Positions 10,252-19,446 of a stretch of DNA of 64,000 bases are shown in pieces; position 1 is the stretch's first letter; every line of letters starts with the position of its first letter. The position numbers and the translations under genes were made by a program. The notes beneath the pieces are model-generated. The model was not told the origin of the DNA, searched no databases, and saw only the letters and a program-made list of their open reading frames with translations. Source of the DNA: Candidatus Latescibacterota bacterium (GTDB lineage Bacteria > Latescibacterota > UBA2968 > GCA-2709665); contig CBDDDZ010000005.1 in assembly GCA_965226795.1 (NCBI GenBank), positions 2,592,001 to 2,656,000 of the forward strand. The letters run 5' to 3'.

Positions 10252-11691
10252 TCAATCCGCCTTTCCCGAAACCAGCTTATCCGCTTCCGTCGTGCGGGTT
10301 CGCATAATATGTCCGATAAATCCGAAAACGGCGCTCACGACCAGGCCGGAACCGAGCACAAAAATCCAGAAAATCGCTTCGACGCAATTCAAAACCGCCA
10401 GGACACAGAACAAAGCCGCGGAGAAGTCTCGACGACAAGCGAACTTGAGTCCACAATAGATCCGGTGCAAATGTCCGCGACGCTCTTCGGGAACCTCGCT
10501 TGAAAACCCCATATTGAAGCTGACAATACTGCCCGACCCACTCTGCTTGAGGTACACGCAGATGAGCAAGACCGCCAGTACGTGCAGCGCGAGGGCAATG
10601 AATCCCAGGGCGATCATGACCTGTTCACCTGTCAATTTGTACATGCCGTAGATGACACCTGAGAAGAAAGCCAGATAGGATACGTTGTCCGCCACCGTAT
10701 CCAACCATTCCCCAAGGCGGGACCCCGAAAGTTTGAGCTTGGCGATCTCCCCGTCGCACCCATCCACAATAGAAGCAAACTGGAACAGTAGTCCGCCCAG
10801 CGCCACGTGGAAATGGCCCCCTTCCGCCATCGCCCAGCCGGCAAGAAAGGTCACCATCATCGTGGCGATCGAAATTTGGTTGGGCGTCACCGGCGTTCTT
10901 ACCAACAGTCTGGAAATCCAGGAGGAGATCTTGCGGTTGAAATGGCGCGATACAATCCCGTCGGTCGGCTTGCCCAACAGGCCGAACAACGCCCGTTCTC
11001 CCTGGAGCAATGCTTCCGGCGTATCCACATCCTGCCAGAACAGGCCATCGATTTCCACCGCCCGCATGTCTCCTCGCGAAGCCAGGACACGGACACCTCC
11101 CGAGAGCGTTTCGTCACCGCGGGCAACAGAACGCTCAAGCCCGTCAAACAGCGCCGGACTGCAGAGAAAAATACCGGTATCCACCGCGTCGTATTGGCCC
11201 AGCGCTTTTCCGATCTGCAGAATCCGGTCGCCGTCCAGGACGACTTTGGTTGCATCGTCCAAATCCTGAATTCGGTCCAGCCGGGTGTCAACGCACAGCG
11301 CCGATTCGCCGGTGCCCAGTAACAGGCACCGCATACGGGTGATTACCTGCGGTTCGAACAGATGGTCCGCCATCAACAGAAGAAACGGACCCTCCACGCA
11401 ATCCCGGGCTTTAAGGACGGAAAGCCCGTTGCCACGCGTCCATTCCGGGTTTTCAACCCAATCTATGTGCACGTCGATCTGCGGATCGTTTGCAATGGCC
11501 TCGCGTATCTCATCACCTCGATGTCCGATAACAATGGCAAACTCGATAATCCCGGCCCGTTTCGCGGTCAATATAGCCCGCTTCAGCAACCCGACGCCGG
11601 CCACTTTCACCAGCGGTTTTGGCTGGCCGCATCCGTGCCCGTTCAGGCGGCTGCCCATACCGGCAGCAATAATCACTGCCTTATCTACCAT
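10252..11691 (-). CDS. Bifunctional NTP-transferase (inositol-1-P cytidylyltransferase-like) / CDP-alcohol phosphatidyltransferase
   Basis: N-terminal IIAAGMGSRL..PKPL, MADH, DTGIF, WQDVDTPE; C-terminal DGCDGEIAK..G..LDTVAD motif plus TM helices (IPCT/DIPPS architecture). Confidence 0.9.
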   Translation of the reverse strand: MVDKAVIIAAGMGSRLNGHGCGQPKPLVKVAGVGLLKRAILTAKRAGIIEFAIVIGHRGDEIREAIANDPQIDVHIDWVENPEWTRGNGLSVLKARDCVEGPFLLLMADHLFEPQVITRMRCLLLGTGESALCVDTRLDRIQDLDDATKVVLDGDRILQIGKALGQYDAVDTGIFLCSPALFDGLERSVARGDETLSGGVRVLASRGDMRAVEIDGLFWQDVDTPEALLQGERALFGLLGKPTDGIVSRHFNRKISSWISRLLVRTPVTPNQISIATMMVTFLAGWAMAEGGHFHVALGGLLFQFASIVDGCDGEIAKLKLSGSRLGEWLDTVADNVSYLAFFSGVIYGMYKLTGEQVMIALGFIALALHVLAVLLICVYLKQSGSGSIVSFNMGFSSEVPEERRGHLHRIYCGLKFACRRDFSAALFCVLAVLNCVEAIFWIFVLGSGLVVSAVFGFIGHIMRTRTTEADKLVSGKAD

Positions 11692-11705
11692 GACGCCCTC
11701 CCCTG

Positions 11706-13088
11706 TTACTCCAGAATCGAATTACCCGTCGCACGCTTTAATGCGACCCAGGCCAGATTAAACTCCAACACCGCCTGATAGTACTTGGCGCGGATAATGC
11801 CGTACTCTTTGACCGCGTCGACCATCTCCCCCGCCTCCTCCAACCCCGCATTGAACCCATCTCTCGCCGAAATAAACCACCGTCTTGTCGCCCGGCGGGC
11901 TTTTCGTGCCGCCCTGATATTGGCTTCCGCCTCAATGAGCGACCGATAGGCGCGTTCGATTTCCAGCCGGGCGCCCTGTACTGCAAGTTGAGCCTGAAAG
12001 CTGAGTTTTTTATAGGCCAGACGGGCTTCTTTCACCTTCGTTGTCGTGGTCGCGAACGACAATGACTGCCGAAAGCCAAGGACGGCGCCAAACTGAGTAA
12101 CGTTAAACTCGTCTTTCAGGAAGGGATTCCGCTGCCGGTCCCTGTTCGGCGCTTTACCGTATTTAAACTGGCCGGCGATAAAAACCTGCGGAAACAGATC
12201 GGTTCGGATGGCGCGCACCTGCGCCGACTGCACCCGTAACCCCTCCCGTAGTTGCCCCAGATCCGGTCGACTCTCGACCAGCGACAGGTAATGTTCCAGC
12301 GGACGGATCTCGACGTTAACCGGTTTGAGGCTCCCGTCGGCGAGAACAAGGGAGTCGGACGGAGAAAGCCCCACGAGGACACGCAACGCCGACCGTGCGA
12401 GCGCCTGACTCTTGTCGACCTTATTTGCATTTTCCTCCACGTCGTACACAAACCTGTCAATCCGGAAAAGATCGGTATACGTAAAATCCCCTGTATCGGC
12501 TTCCAGCTTTTCGAAGATCGTTCGCCGCGCACCGTCAATCTCCGTCCGCGACTCGTTCGCCAAAGCCCGAAGCTGATTTGCCAATAAAAACAGATAGTAT
12601 GCCCTGGCTACCTGCCGCTCCAGGTCGAATCGGGATCTGTTCAGTCCGGCGCGCCGCGCACCGATGCCGCCGGATGCGGCCTCCACGGCCGCATCGAGTT
12701 TGCCGAAGGTGAAGAGTGGCTGAACCAGCGACAATTCGGTTCTCGAAAACACACTCATCTGCCGCCAATTGCTGACCCCTGTAATGGCGTCGCCCCGAGC
12801 TTCCGGCGAGGGTCCTAATATCCATGTCAGATCCAAACGGGGAAGAAATCGCGCGGCATGTACCTGCCTAAGCCTATTCTCAGCGATCTCCAGATCCGCG
12901 TGGGCGGCCTGAATGGACGGACTCGACGCGAGTGCCATCCGCACGCACACGGCGAGATCGTATCGACCCTGTCGCCCGGATTCCGAGTAACACGGACGGA
13001 TACCGATCCCCATCACGCAGATCAGCACAATTAAAACGGGAAGCCTTAACCGCTGTGAATTTTTACTACATGTGTGGATAAATTGCAA
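11706..13088 (-). CDS. TolC family outer-membrane efflux protein
   Basis: Two OEP repeats (LSLVQPLFTFGK; RPDL..DLFPQV), C-terminal LKRATG. Start uncertain (13088 TTG or further downstream). Confidence 0.88.
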   Translation of the reverse strand: MQFIHTCSKNSQRLRLPVLIVLICVMGIGIRPCYSESGRQGRYDLAVCVRMALASSPSIQAAHADLEIAENRLRQVHAARFLPRLDLTWILGPSPEARGDAITGVSNWRQMSVFSRTELSLVQPLFTFGKLDAAVEAASGGIGARRAGLNRSRFDLERQVARAYYLFLLANQLRALANESRTEIDGARRTIFEKLEADTGDFTYTDLFRIDRFVYDVEENANKVDKSQALARSALRVLVGLSPSDSLVLADGSLKPVNVEIRPLEHYLSLVESRPDLGQLREGLRVQSAQVRAIRTDLFPQVFIAGQFKYGKAPNRDRQRNPFLKDEFNVTQFGAVLGFRQSLSFATTTTKVKEARLAYKKLSFQAQLAVQGARLEIERAYRSLIEAEANIRAARKARRATRRWFISARDGFNAGLEEAGEMVDAVKEYGIIRAKYYQAVLEFNLAWVALKRATGNSILE

Positions 13089-13229
13089 CGCATCACCCGT
13101 CGCCCTCCCTGTTTTTCGGCGCGTCAGTTTATGCACAAAAACTATATAAATATTTGTATATATTAATGATAATGTCATTCGATCCGGATTTTTCCGTTTG
13201 AAGAATCTATGAAGAATTTATATATCACT

Positions 13230-13245
13230 AGCGAAAGCCGTGCCA
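13230..13245 (-). promoter_or_regulatory. Probable sigma54 promoter of the TolC-led operon
   Basis: TGGCACGGCTTTCGCT, with -24 GG and -12 GC at canonical spacing. Confidence 0.6.
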
Positions 13246-13271
13246 CGAAACAGTGAACCTGCGACACATGT

Positions 13272-14528
13272 CTAAAGACCCAGCGCCTCAAACATAATGG
13301 TCTGCACCCGCCGGGCTACTTCGACTGCGTCGTGACGTTGAACCGCTGAAACGCGTGCGGCCGAACCCATTCGTTGTCGCAATTCCCTATTCTCAATCAC
13401 CCTGAGGATCGTCTCCGCCAAGCCGACGTCGTCGTTTGGCTTCACCAGAAATCCGTTGTATCCATCACGGATCAACTCCGGAACACCGCCGATTGCAGAC
13501 CCAACCACCGGAGTACCCAGTGCAAGAGACTCGATAACGCTTCGCGGACAGGGGTCAGGCGCCACTGAAGGTACAAGTGTGACATCCATATCCTTCAAAT
13601 ACGGTCTGACGTCAGTACGGAATCCCGTAAACACAACCCGGCCCGAATACCGCCCGTTCGCCACCTTGCGGCGATAGTGATCCAGCAAGTTCAACGACCG
13701 CTGCGGGCTCCCGCCAACAACCACGAGAACCACGTCCTTACGCCGGGCCAGGACATGCTCCATCGCCGACAGCAGAGTATCGATACCCTTCCATGCGACG
13801 ATACGACCGACGAAGCCAAGAACCACTTCGTCCGGTCCGATTCGGTACATCCGGCGCACACACCCCCGAACTCTTTCCGGGTCGAAACTGACCAGATCCG
13901 CGCCATTGTAAACAACACGTACCTTGTCTTCAGCCGACGGAAAATTTCCGGCGCACGCCTCGGATACTGCGACAATTCTCGTCACGGTCGAAGACCGCGC
14001 GAGCCTGTCGAAAAACCAGCCCCTGAAGGATTTACCGTAAAGCGTGCGGCAGTGCCAGACGACCGGAGTGCCGCACGCCATACCGGCCACAGTGCCCATG
14101 AGTTTCACCATCATCTGGTTGCAATAAATCAACGCAACACGCTCTCGGGAGACCATGCGAATCAGATCGAACGTAAACCGCACGCTATCGATCGCATTCA
14201 GAACCACCGACGCGATTCTGCAGACGCGGGTCTGACTCCGGTACCGCATCTCCGCCAGACGTTCCTTCAGTCGGGGTTCAATACGGTATCGGATCCGGTT
14301 TTCCACGAGCTTACTCTTCAACACGCCTTCGTTGGGCATTACGACAAGGGGCTCGATCACCGAAGGATCGAGATGTTTCAATAGGTAAAAGAGACTGTTT
14401 CCGGCGCCTCCCCGGCCCGTACATCCCGTAAGGAAAAGCACCTTGACTCTCTTTTCGCCTTTACCGACGTACAAAACGGGCGACGATACACCGGCCTCGT
14501 CGCCCGTTTGTGCGAATCGCACAGCCAT
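13272..14528 (-). CDS. Glycosyltransferase family 4
   Basis: GGAG, VYNG.D, FVGRIVAWKG, FTGFRTDV, E-x7 region IESLALGTPVVGS..GGVPELI. Start may be about 28 codons later. Confidence 0.88.
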   Translation of the reverse strand: MAVRFAQTGDEAGVSSPVLYVGKGEKRVKVLFLTGCTGRGGAGNSLFYLLKHLDPSVIEPLVVMPNEGVLKSKLVENRIRYRIEPRLKERLAEMRYRSQTRVCRIASVVLNAIDSVRFTFDLIRMVSRERVALIYCNQMMVKLMGTVAGMACGTPVVWHCRTLYGKSFRGWFFDRLARSSTVTRIVAVSEACAGNFPSAEDKVRVVYNGADLVSFDPERVRGCVRRMYRIGPDEVVLGFVGRIVAWKGIDTLLSAMEHVLARRKDVVLVVVGGSPQRSLNLLDHYRRKVANGRYSGRVVFTGFRTDVRPYLKDMDVTLVPSVAPDPCPRSVIESLALGTPVVGSAIGGVPELIRDGYNGFLVKPNDDVGLAETILRVIENRELRQRMGSAARVSAVQRHDAVEVARRVQTIMFEALGL

Positions 14529-16159
14529 CAGTTCAGCCGCCTGACAATGTGATAGCCCAGAGGCGTCTGAACGACCCCGCTGGTCTCACCCACCCGCAAT
14601 TTCAGCACCGCTTCCTCAAACGCAGGATTCAAATCGCCCGGGGAAAAAAACCCCAGGTCGCCCCCGATCTCCGCTGAAAAATCATTGGAATGTTCACGGG
14701 CGAGTGCCCTGAAATCCTCACCCGCCCTCAGTTTTTCGAGCACTTCCTGCGCCTCGGCTTCAGTTTCCACCAGGATATGGTACACCCATAGCTTACCCGA
14801 TTGTATCCCCTCGATCTCGTCAATCTTCATCTGGGCCGCCCGTTCGATCTCCTCGTTCGGACTGAAGGCTATGGCCTTTGAAAAAGCACGCGCCGCCCGA
14901 TCAAACTCCCGCCTTGACGTATGGGCAAGTCCTATATTGAAATGCACACCCGCATTGGTGGAATCCACCGCCAATGCCCTATTGTACACCTCAAGGGCCG
15001 AGTCGAGGTCCTGCTGCCCCGCATAAATCAAGGCAAGATCACCATAGGGCTCCACTATGTTCGGGTTCAATTGAATAGTCGCCTCCAGCGCTTTCTTCGC
15101 CTGCTCGACGTCTCCTTTCTGCAGATAGACCTGCGAGACGCCGTACTGAATGCGCGCCCGTTCCGCCTCGGGAGCTATTTCCATAATCAGACGATACTCC
15201 TCCAGGGACCGGTCCCAGTTCTGTTGAACGGTATACAGCCTGGCAAGCGCGGACCGCGTATCCAGATCGCCCGGCACCAACCGCGCCACTTTCTCCCACG
15301 CCTCCCGGGCAACGTCCAGTGAGTCCACCTCGGCCGCCATCTGACCCATGGATCGGTGCACCTCCGGATCGTCCGGCGCCACGGAAGCCGCCTGACGGTA
15401 GGCGGCGAAGGCTTCCGTGCTCCGCCGCATCGAATGGTAGATGGCACCCTTGTTTACCAGCAAGGAAACGTCGTTCGGACTCTTCTCCAATTCCTTTTCG
15501 AGCACCAATATCGCCCGTTGGTACAGCTGATTCCCATCCTGATGTTTGCCCAATGCCCCGTAGATCTGCCCCTGATTGATCATCAATACAACACTCTCAG
15601 GGTTGTTCTTCAATCCCTGGTCGAAAACCGAAAGCGCTTTATTGGGGTCCTTAAGTGCGACATGCAACGCCGCCAGGGACTGGTACGCCTCGATATTTTG
15701 AGGATCCAGGGAAATCGCCGCCCTGAGGTCCTGCACAGCCAGCCCCGGATTACCGGCCTGCTTATACAGCATTGCCCTGTCCATCAGCAAGAGGACGGAA
15801 TTCGGAATCTGCCGCAACCCCTCATTCAACACCTCCAGCGCCTCACGACCCCTGTTAAGTTGTACATGAATTCTGAAGAGCGCGTCGTATGGCGCTTCTA
15901 TATTCGGCCCTGACTCGATCGCCTTCTCAAAGGCCCTGATTGCGCCTTCCGCCTGTCCCATCTGCGCAAATACCATGCCGAGGACGCCATGAGCATTTGC
16001 GCTATCCGGAAACATCTCTGCGAACAACCGCGCCGTGACCAGCGCGGAATCGGCTCGACCTCGAGCCCCATGGGCGCCAATCTCCGCCAGGAAATCCCTG
16101 GCAGCCGCGCCTTCGTTCCACAGTATCAGGCAACAGATTACGATAATCGTTCGTTTCAA
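14528..16159 (-). CDS. Exported TPR-repeat protein with C-terminal parvulin (PpiC) PPIase domain
   Basis: Signal peptide, more than 10 TPRs, HILV..FRALAREHS..GGDLGFF..FEEA..TPLGYHIV. Confidence 0.9.
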   Translation of the reverse strand: MKRTIIVICCLILWNEGAAARDFLAEIGAHGARGRADSALVTARLFAEMFPDSANAHGVLGMVFAQMGQAEGAIRAFEKAIESGPNIEAPYDALFRIHVQLNRGREALEVLNEGLRQIPNSVLLLMDRAMLYKQAGNPGLAVQDLRAAISLDPQNIEAYQSLAALHVALKDPNKALSVFDQGLKNNPESVVLMINQGQIYGALGKHQDGNQLYQRAILVLEKELEKSPNDVSLLVNKGAIYHSMRRSTEAFAAYRQAASVAPDDPEVHRSMGQMAAEVDSLDVAREAWEKVARLVPGDLDTRSALARLYTVQQNWDRSLEEYRLIMEIAPEAERARIQYGVSQVYLQKGDVEQAKKALEATIQLNPNIVEPYGDLALIYAGQQDLDSALEVYNRALAVDSTNAGVHFNIGLAHTSRREFDRAARAFSKAIAFSPNEEIERAAQMKIDEIEGIQSGKLWVYHILVETEAEAQEVLEKLRAGEDFRALAREHSNDFSAEIGGDLGFFSPGDLNPAFEEAVLKLRVGETSGVVQTPLGYHIVRRLN

Positions 16160-16242
16160 CCGACCGCCTCCATTTGAATGGTTAATTCGGCAACCTTCCT
16201 GATATCCTCAAATCGTTCCGGATCCGCATATCCGCGAAACCC

Positions 16243-16271
16243 TTGACAAGTGCCTGGAATCCCGGTATAAT
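16243..16271 (+). promoter_or_regulatory. Perfect-consensus sigma70 promoter
   Basis: TTGACA-17 bp-TATAAT. Confidence 0.8.
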
Positions 16272-16449
16272 CCTGAGACTTTCGATTCACCCGTCGCTGC
16301 GGCGTCCATTGACTTTCGTCGGCGCCTGTCCTGCCGGTCGTCGACTCCCCGAACTCAGTTTGACAGTGCTTTTCCCGCCGCGGCAGGCGACTTCCGCCCC
16401 GCATCCCCGGTCAACGTCGACAACGCCTTAGAACCCTCTGTTTCCTTGT

Positions 16450-17073
16450 ATGAGTGTCCTTCAACGGGATCCCATTGCCGCCATACTGCTCTCCCTCGTG
16501 GCGAGCTATATGGCGTATGACCATCTTCCGGAACGGATTCCGGCACACTGGGACGCGTTCGGACGAATCGACGCGGAGTTGAATAAACGGGTGTGCGTCT
16601 TTCTGCATCCCGGAGCAATGACGCTCGTCTATATTTTCTTCCGACTGATCCCATATGCCGACAAAACCCGCGTGCGCCAACTGAAAGAGATCGGCCTTTA
16701 CGATCCGTTCCGCAACGGCGCCGTGCTGCTTTTCGGATACAGCCATCTCCTGCTGCTGGGCATCGGCCTCGGTTGGGTAGACCGAGGGGCAAACCTCTTT
16801 GCCGGCCTGCTCTCGCTCGCCACCATCTTCGCCGGAAACCACCTCAAGAGCATACGTCCGGTACGTTTCGATCGTCTCCTCCGCCGGATCAACATTTCCA
16901 GGGATCCACCTGCACTGAATTACGTCTGCAATATCCTCATCCTGTGCGGGGCGTTCGGGCAGCTGGGCACCGCAACTGGCATCCTGCAAGTCGCCTGGCT
17001 GCTTCTGCCGCTCGGCGTCGGTTACTTTCTCGCTCGGCGGCGCTTTCCCGCCGACCGGATACAGGCGCCGTGA
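16450..17073 (+). CDS. DUF1648 / SdpI-like membrane protein
   Basis: YDHLPERIPAHWDAFGRID motif after the first TM helix; several TM helices. Confidence 0.75.
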   Translation: MSVLQRDPIAAILLSLVASYMAYDHLPERIPAHWDAFGRIDAELNKRVCVFLHPGAMTLVYIFFRLIPYADKTRVRQLKEIGLYDPFRNGAVLLFGYSHLLLLGIGLGWVDRGANLFAGLLSLATIFAGNHLKSIRPVRFDRLLRRINISRDPPALNYVCNILILCGAFGQLGTATGILQVAWLLLPLGVGYFLARRRFPADRIQAP

Positions 17074-17963
17074 CCGTGCTCAACGAGCGCCTCACCGTCC
17101 AGGCCGGAAGCCTCGCCCTGCTTACGGCCATCCTGTGGGGCGGTAACTCCATCGCCATCAAAATTGCCCTGGACGGTCTGCCTCCGTTGGCCCTGGCTTC
17201 CGCCCGCTTTCTTCTGGGCGGGCTGGCTGTAATGCTATGGGCGATCTATGCCGGCATCCCCCTCTCACCGGGATCCGGCGAAAGAAGAGGCCTGTTTCAA
17301 CTGGTTCTGCTCTTTATCACGCAAATCTACCTGCTTAACGCCGGCACCCATTTCACGACGGCCGGCCGTTCAACCGTCTTCATCTCCACCTACCCTTTTT
17401 TTACGGCCGTCTTCGCCCACTTATTCATACCGGGAGACCGGCTCAGCCGCCTCAAAGTAATCGGTATGACCCTCTCTTTTTCGGGGGTGGTGCTCGTCTT
17501 TGCCGAAAGCCTCACAAGGGGCCACCTCGGCTATCTGCTTGGCGATGTTATGGTTCTCATGAGCGGTCTGCTGCTCGGCGCCCGGCAGGTCTACACCAAG
17601 AAGCTCACCCAATACATCCATCCCGCCCGTCTTCTGTTGTGGCAAGCCGCCCTCAGCCTGCCCGTATTTATCCTGCTCAGCGCCTTCCTCGAGAACCAGA
17701 TCCCCTCAGACATCCGACCTGACATCGTCGGCGCAATCTTCTACCAGGGTCTTGTGGTTGCCGGATTCTGTTTTCTTATATCCGTGTCTCTCCTGCGACG
17801 CTACAGAGCCAGTCGCCTGGGGGTGTTCGGTTTCGTTACACCCGTCGTGGGCGTCGTGCTCAGCAACCTGCTGCTGGGAGAGACCATCTCTGCGACACTT
17901 CTCGCCAGCGTGCTGCTGGTCGGTATCGGCCTGGCCATAGTCAATTCGGAGACCGGAAGTTAA
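17070..17963 (+). CDS. DMT/EamA family transporter
   Basis: LWGGN..ASARF, two EamA repeats; GTG start overlaps the upstream TGA. Confidence 0.88.
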   Translation: MTVLNERLTVQAGSLALLTAILWGGNSIAIKIALDGLPPLALASARFLLGGLAVMLWAIYAGIPLSPGSGERRGLFQLVLLFITQIYLLNAGTHFTTAGRSTVFISTYPFFTAVFAHLFIPGDRLSRLKVIGMTLSFSGVVLVFAESLTRGHLGYLLGDVMVLMSGLLLGARQVYTKKLTQYIHPARLLLWQAALSLPVFILLSAFLENQIPSDIRPDIVGAIFYQGLVVAGFCFLISVSLLRRYRASRLGVFGFVTPVVGVVLSNLLLGETISATLLASVLLVGIGLAIVNSETGS

Positions 17964-18035
17964 TCAGGTGCCACATAAGAGATTATTCTTCCACGGGTCG
18001 CGATCCCGGCGACCGCTTACAGGCGTTTCACCCGT

Positions 18036-19379
18036 CTAGGCCGCTCCGACCATGACAAACGCCACGTCCGCGACATTGGTTCCCGTCGGACCCGTCATCA
18101 CCAGATCGCCCAGCGGTTTGAAGAAGTGATACGCGTCGTTGTTCTTCAACGAACCGATCGCGGAAAGCCCCGCTGATTCCGCACGTGCGATCGTTTGGGC
18201 ATCCGCAATCGCCCCCGCCGCGTCCGTCGGACCGTCGGTTCCATCCGTCCCGCCGCTGAACAGTACCGTACCGTCCCATCCGGACAGATGCATGGCGCCG
18301 GCAAGCACCAGTTCCTGGTTTCGTCCACCCTTGCCACTTCCTCGAACCGTTACCGTTGTCTCCCCGCCGGCAATCACGCAGGCAGGAGCGGTCACAGGCA
18401 CCCCGGATGCGAGTATTTCCTTACCGATTGCCGAATATATGTGAGCGACCTCACGCGCCTCACCCTCCAGCCGCGTGGACAGCACCAACGTATTGTAACC
18501 CAGATCCCGGGCTCGTTCGTCGGCAGCAGCCACCGCCTGACCGTTGCTGCCGACAATCACGTTGTGGCATCTCTCGAGCACGGCGTCTCCAGGTTTCGGG
18601 GTTTCCGGAATCTCTCCCGCCACGCCTGCTTCGAACCGTTCTCGCACCGCTTCCGGCAGGAAATTCGAAACCTCGTACTTCTGAAAAATTTCCATACAGG
18701 TCCTGAACGTGGACGTATCGGGTACCGTCGGCCCCGATGCAATCACGTCCATCGGATCGCCGATGACATCCGATAACATGAGGGACACCACCGTGGCCGG
18801 AAAGGCTGTACGGGCCAGACCTCCGCCCTTCACCCTGGACATATGCTTGCGGACCGCATTCAACTCCACGATATTGGCGCCGCATTCGAGCAGCAACCGG
18901 GTTGTGGCCTGTTTTTCCGGAAGCGATATACCTTCCGAAGGAGCGGGCATCAATGCCGACCCGCCGCCTGAAATCAGGCAAATCACCAGGGTCCGGTCGT
19001 CGGCCGCCTCCAGCTCCCTCAGAATTTTCCGCGTACCCTCAACACCCGCCTCATCGGGAACGGGATGACCACACTCCACGATCCGTATTCTGACCAGCGG
19101 CTCCGCATGCTCGTACTTGGTATTGATGACCCCATCCGAAATCCTGTCGCCCAACACGGCTTCGAGCGCCACACCCATCCGCGGCGACGCCTTGCCGGTT
19201 CCCACCACTAGCACCCGGTCGAAGGTTTCCAGATCGTAGTCTACGCCCCCGATCCGAAACATCTGCCCATCCAGTCTCACGAATCGCTCCACGCATTCCT
19301 GCGCGTCCACGGCCACCACAGCCGATTCAAAGATCAACGCCGCGTCCGCGCGCATCCGGGCAACCGTGAATTCCCGCAT
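18036..19379 (-). CDS. Glycerate 2-kinase (MOFRL/TtuD family)
   Basis: GTGKAS, GHPVPD, ISGGGSAL, VKGGGL, ASGPT, GGRNQE, TDGTDGPTDAAG, TGPTGTNV. Confidence 0.93.
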   Translation of the reverse strand: MREFTVARMRADAALIFESAVVAVDAQECVERFVRLDGQMFRIGGVDYDLETFDRVLVVGTGKASPRMGVALEAVLGDRISDGVINTKYEHAEPLVRIRIVECGHPVPDEAGVEGTRKILRELEAADDRTLVICLISGGGSALMPAPSEGISLPEKQATTRLLLECGANIVELNAVRKHMSRVKGGGLARTAFPATVVSLMLSDVIGDPMDVIASGPTVPDTSTFRTCMEIFQKYEVSNFLPEAVRERFEAGVAGEIPETPKPGDAVLERCHNVIVGSNGQAVAAADERARDLGYNTLVLSTRLEGEAREVAHIYSAIGKEILASGVPVTAPACVIAGGETTVTVRGSGKGGRNQELVLAGAMHLSGWDGTVLFSGGTDGTDGPTDAAGAIADAQTIARAESAGLSAIGSLKNNDAYHFFKPLGDLVMTGPTGTNVADVAFVMVGAA

Positions 19380-19446
19380 GTTGAATGCTCCTCAAATTCG
19401 CAGACCGGCTCGTCCCGGGCGCCTGTTTACGACCTGGGCCGGGCAG

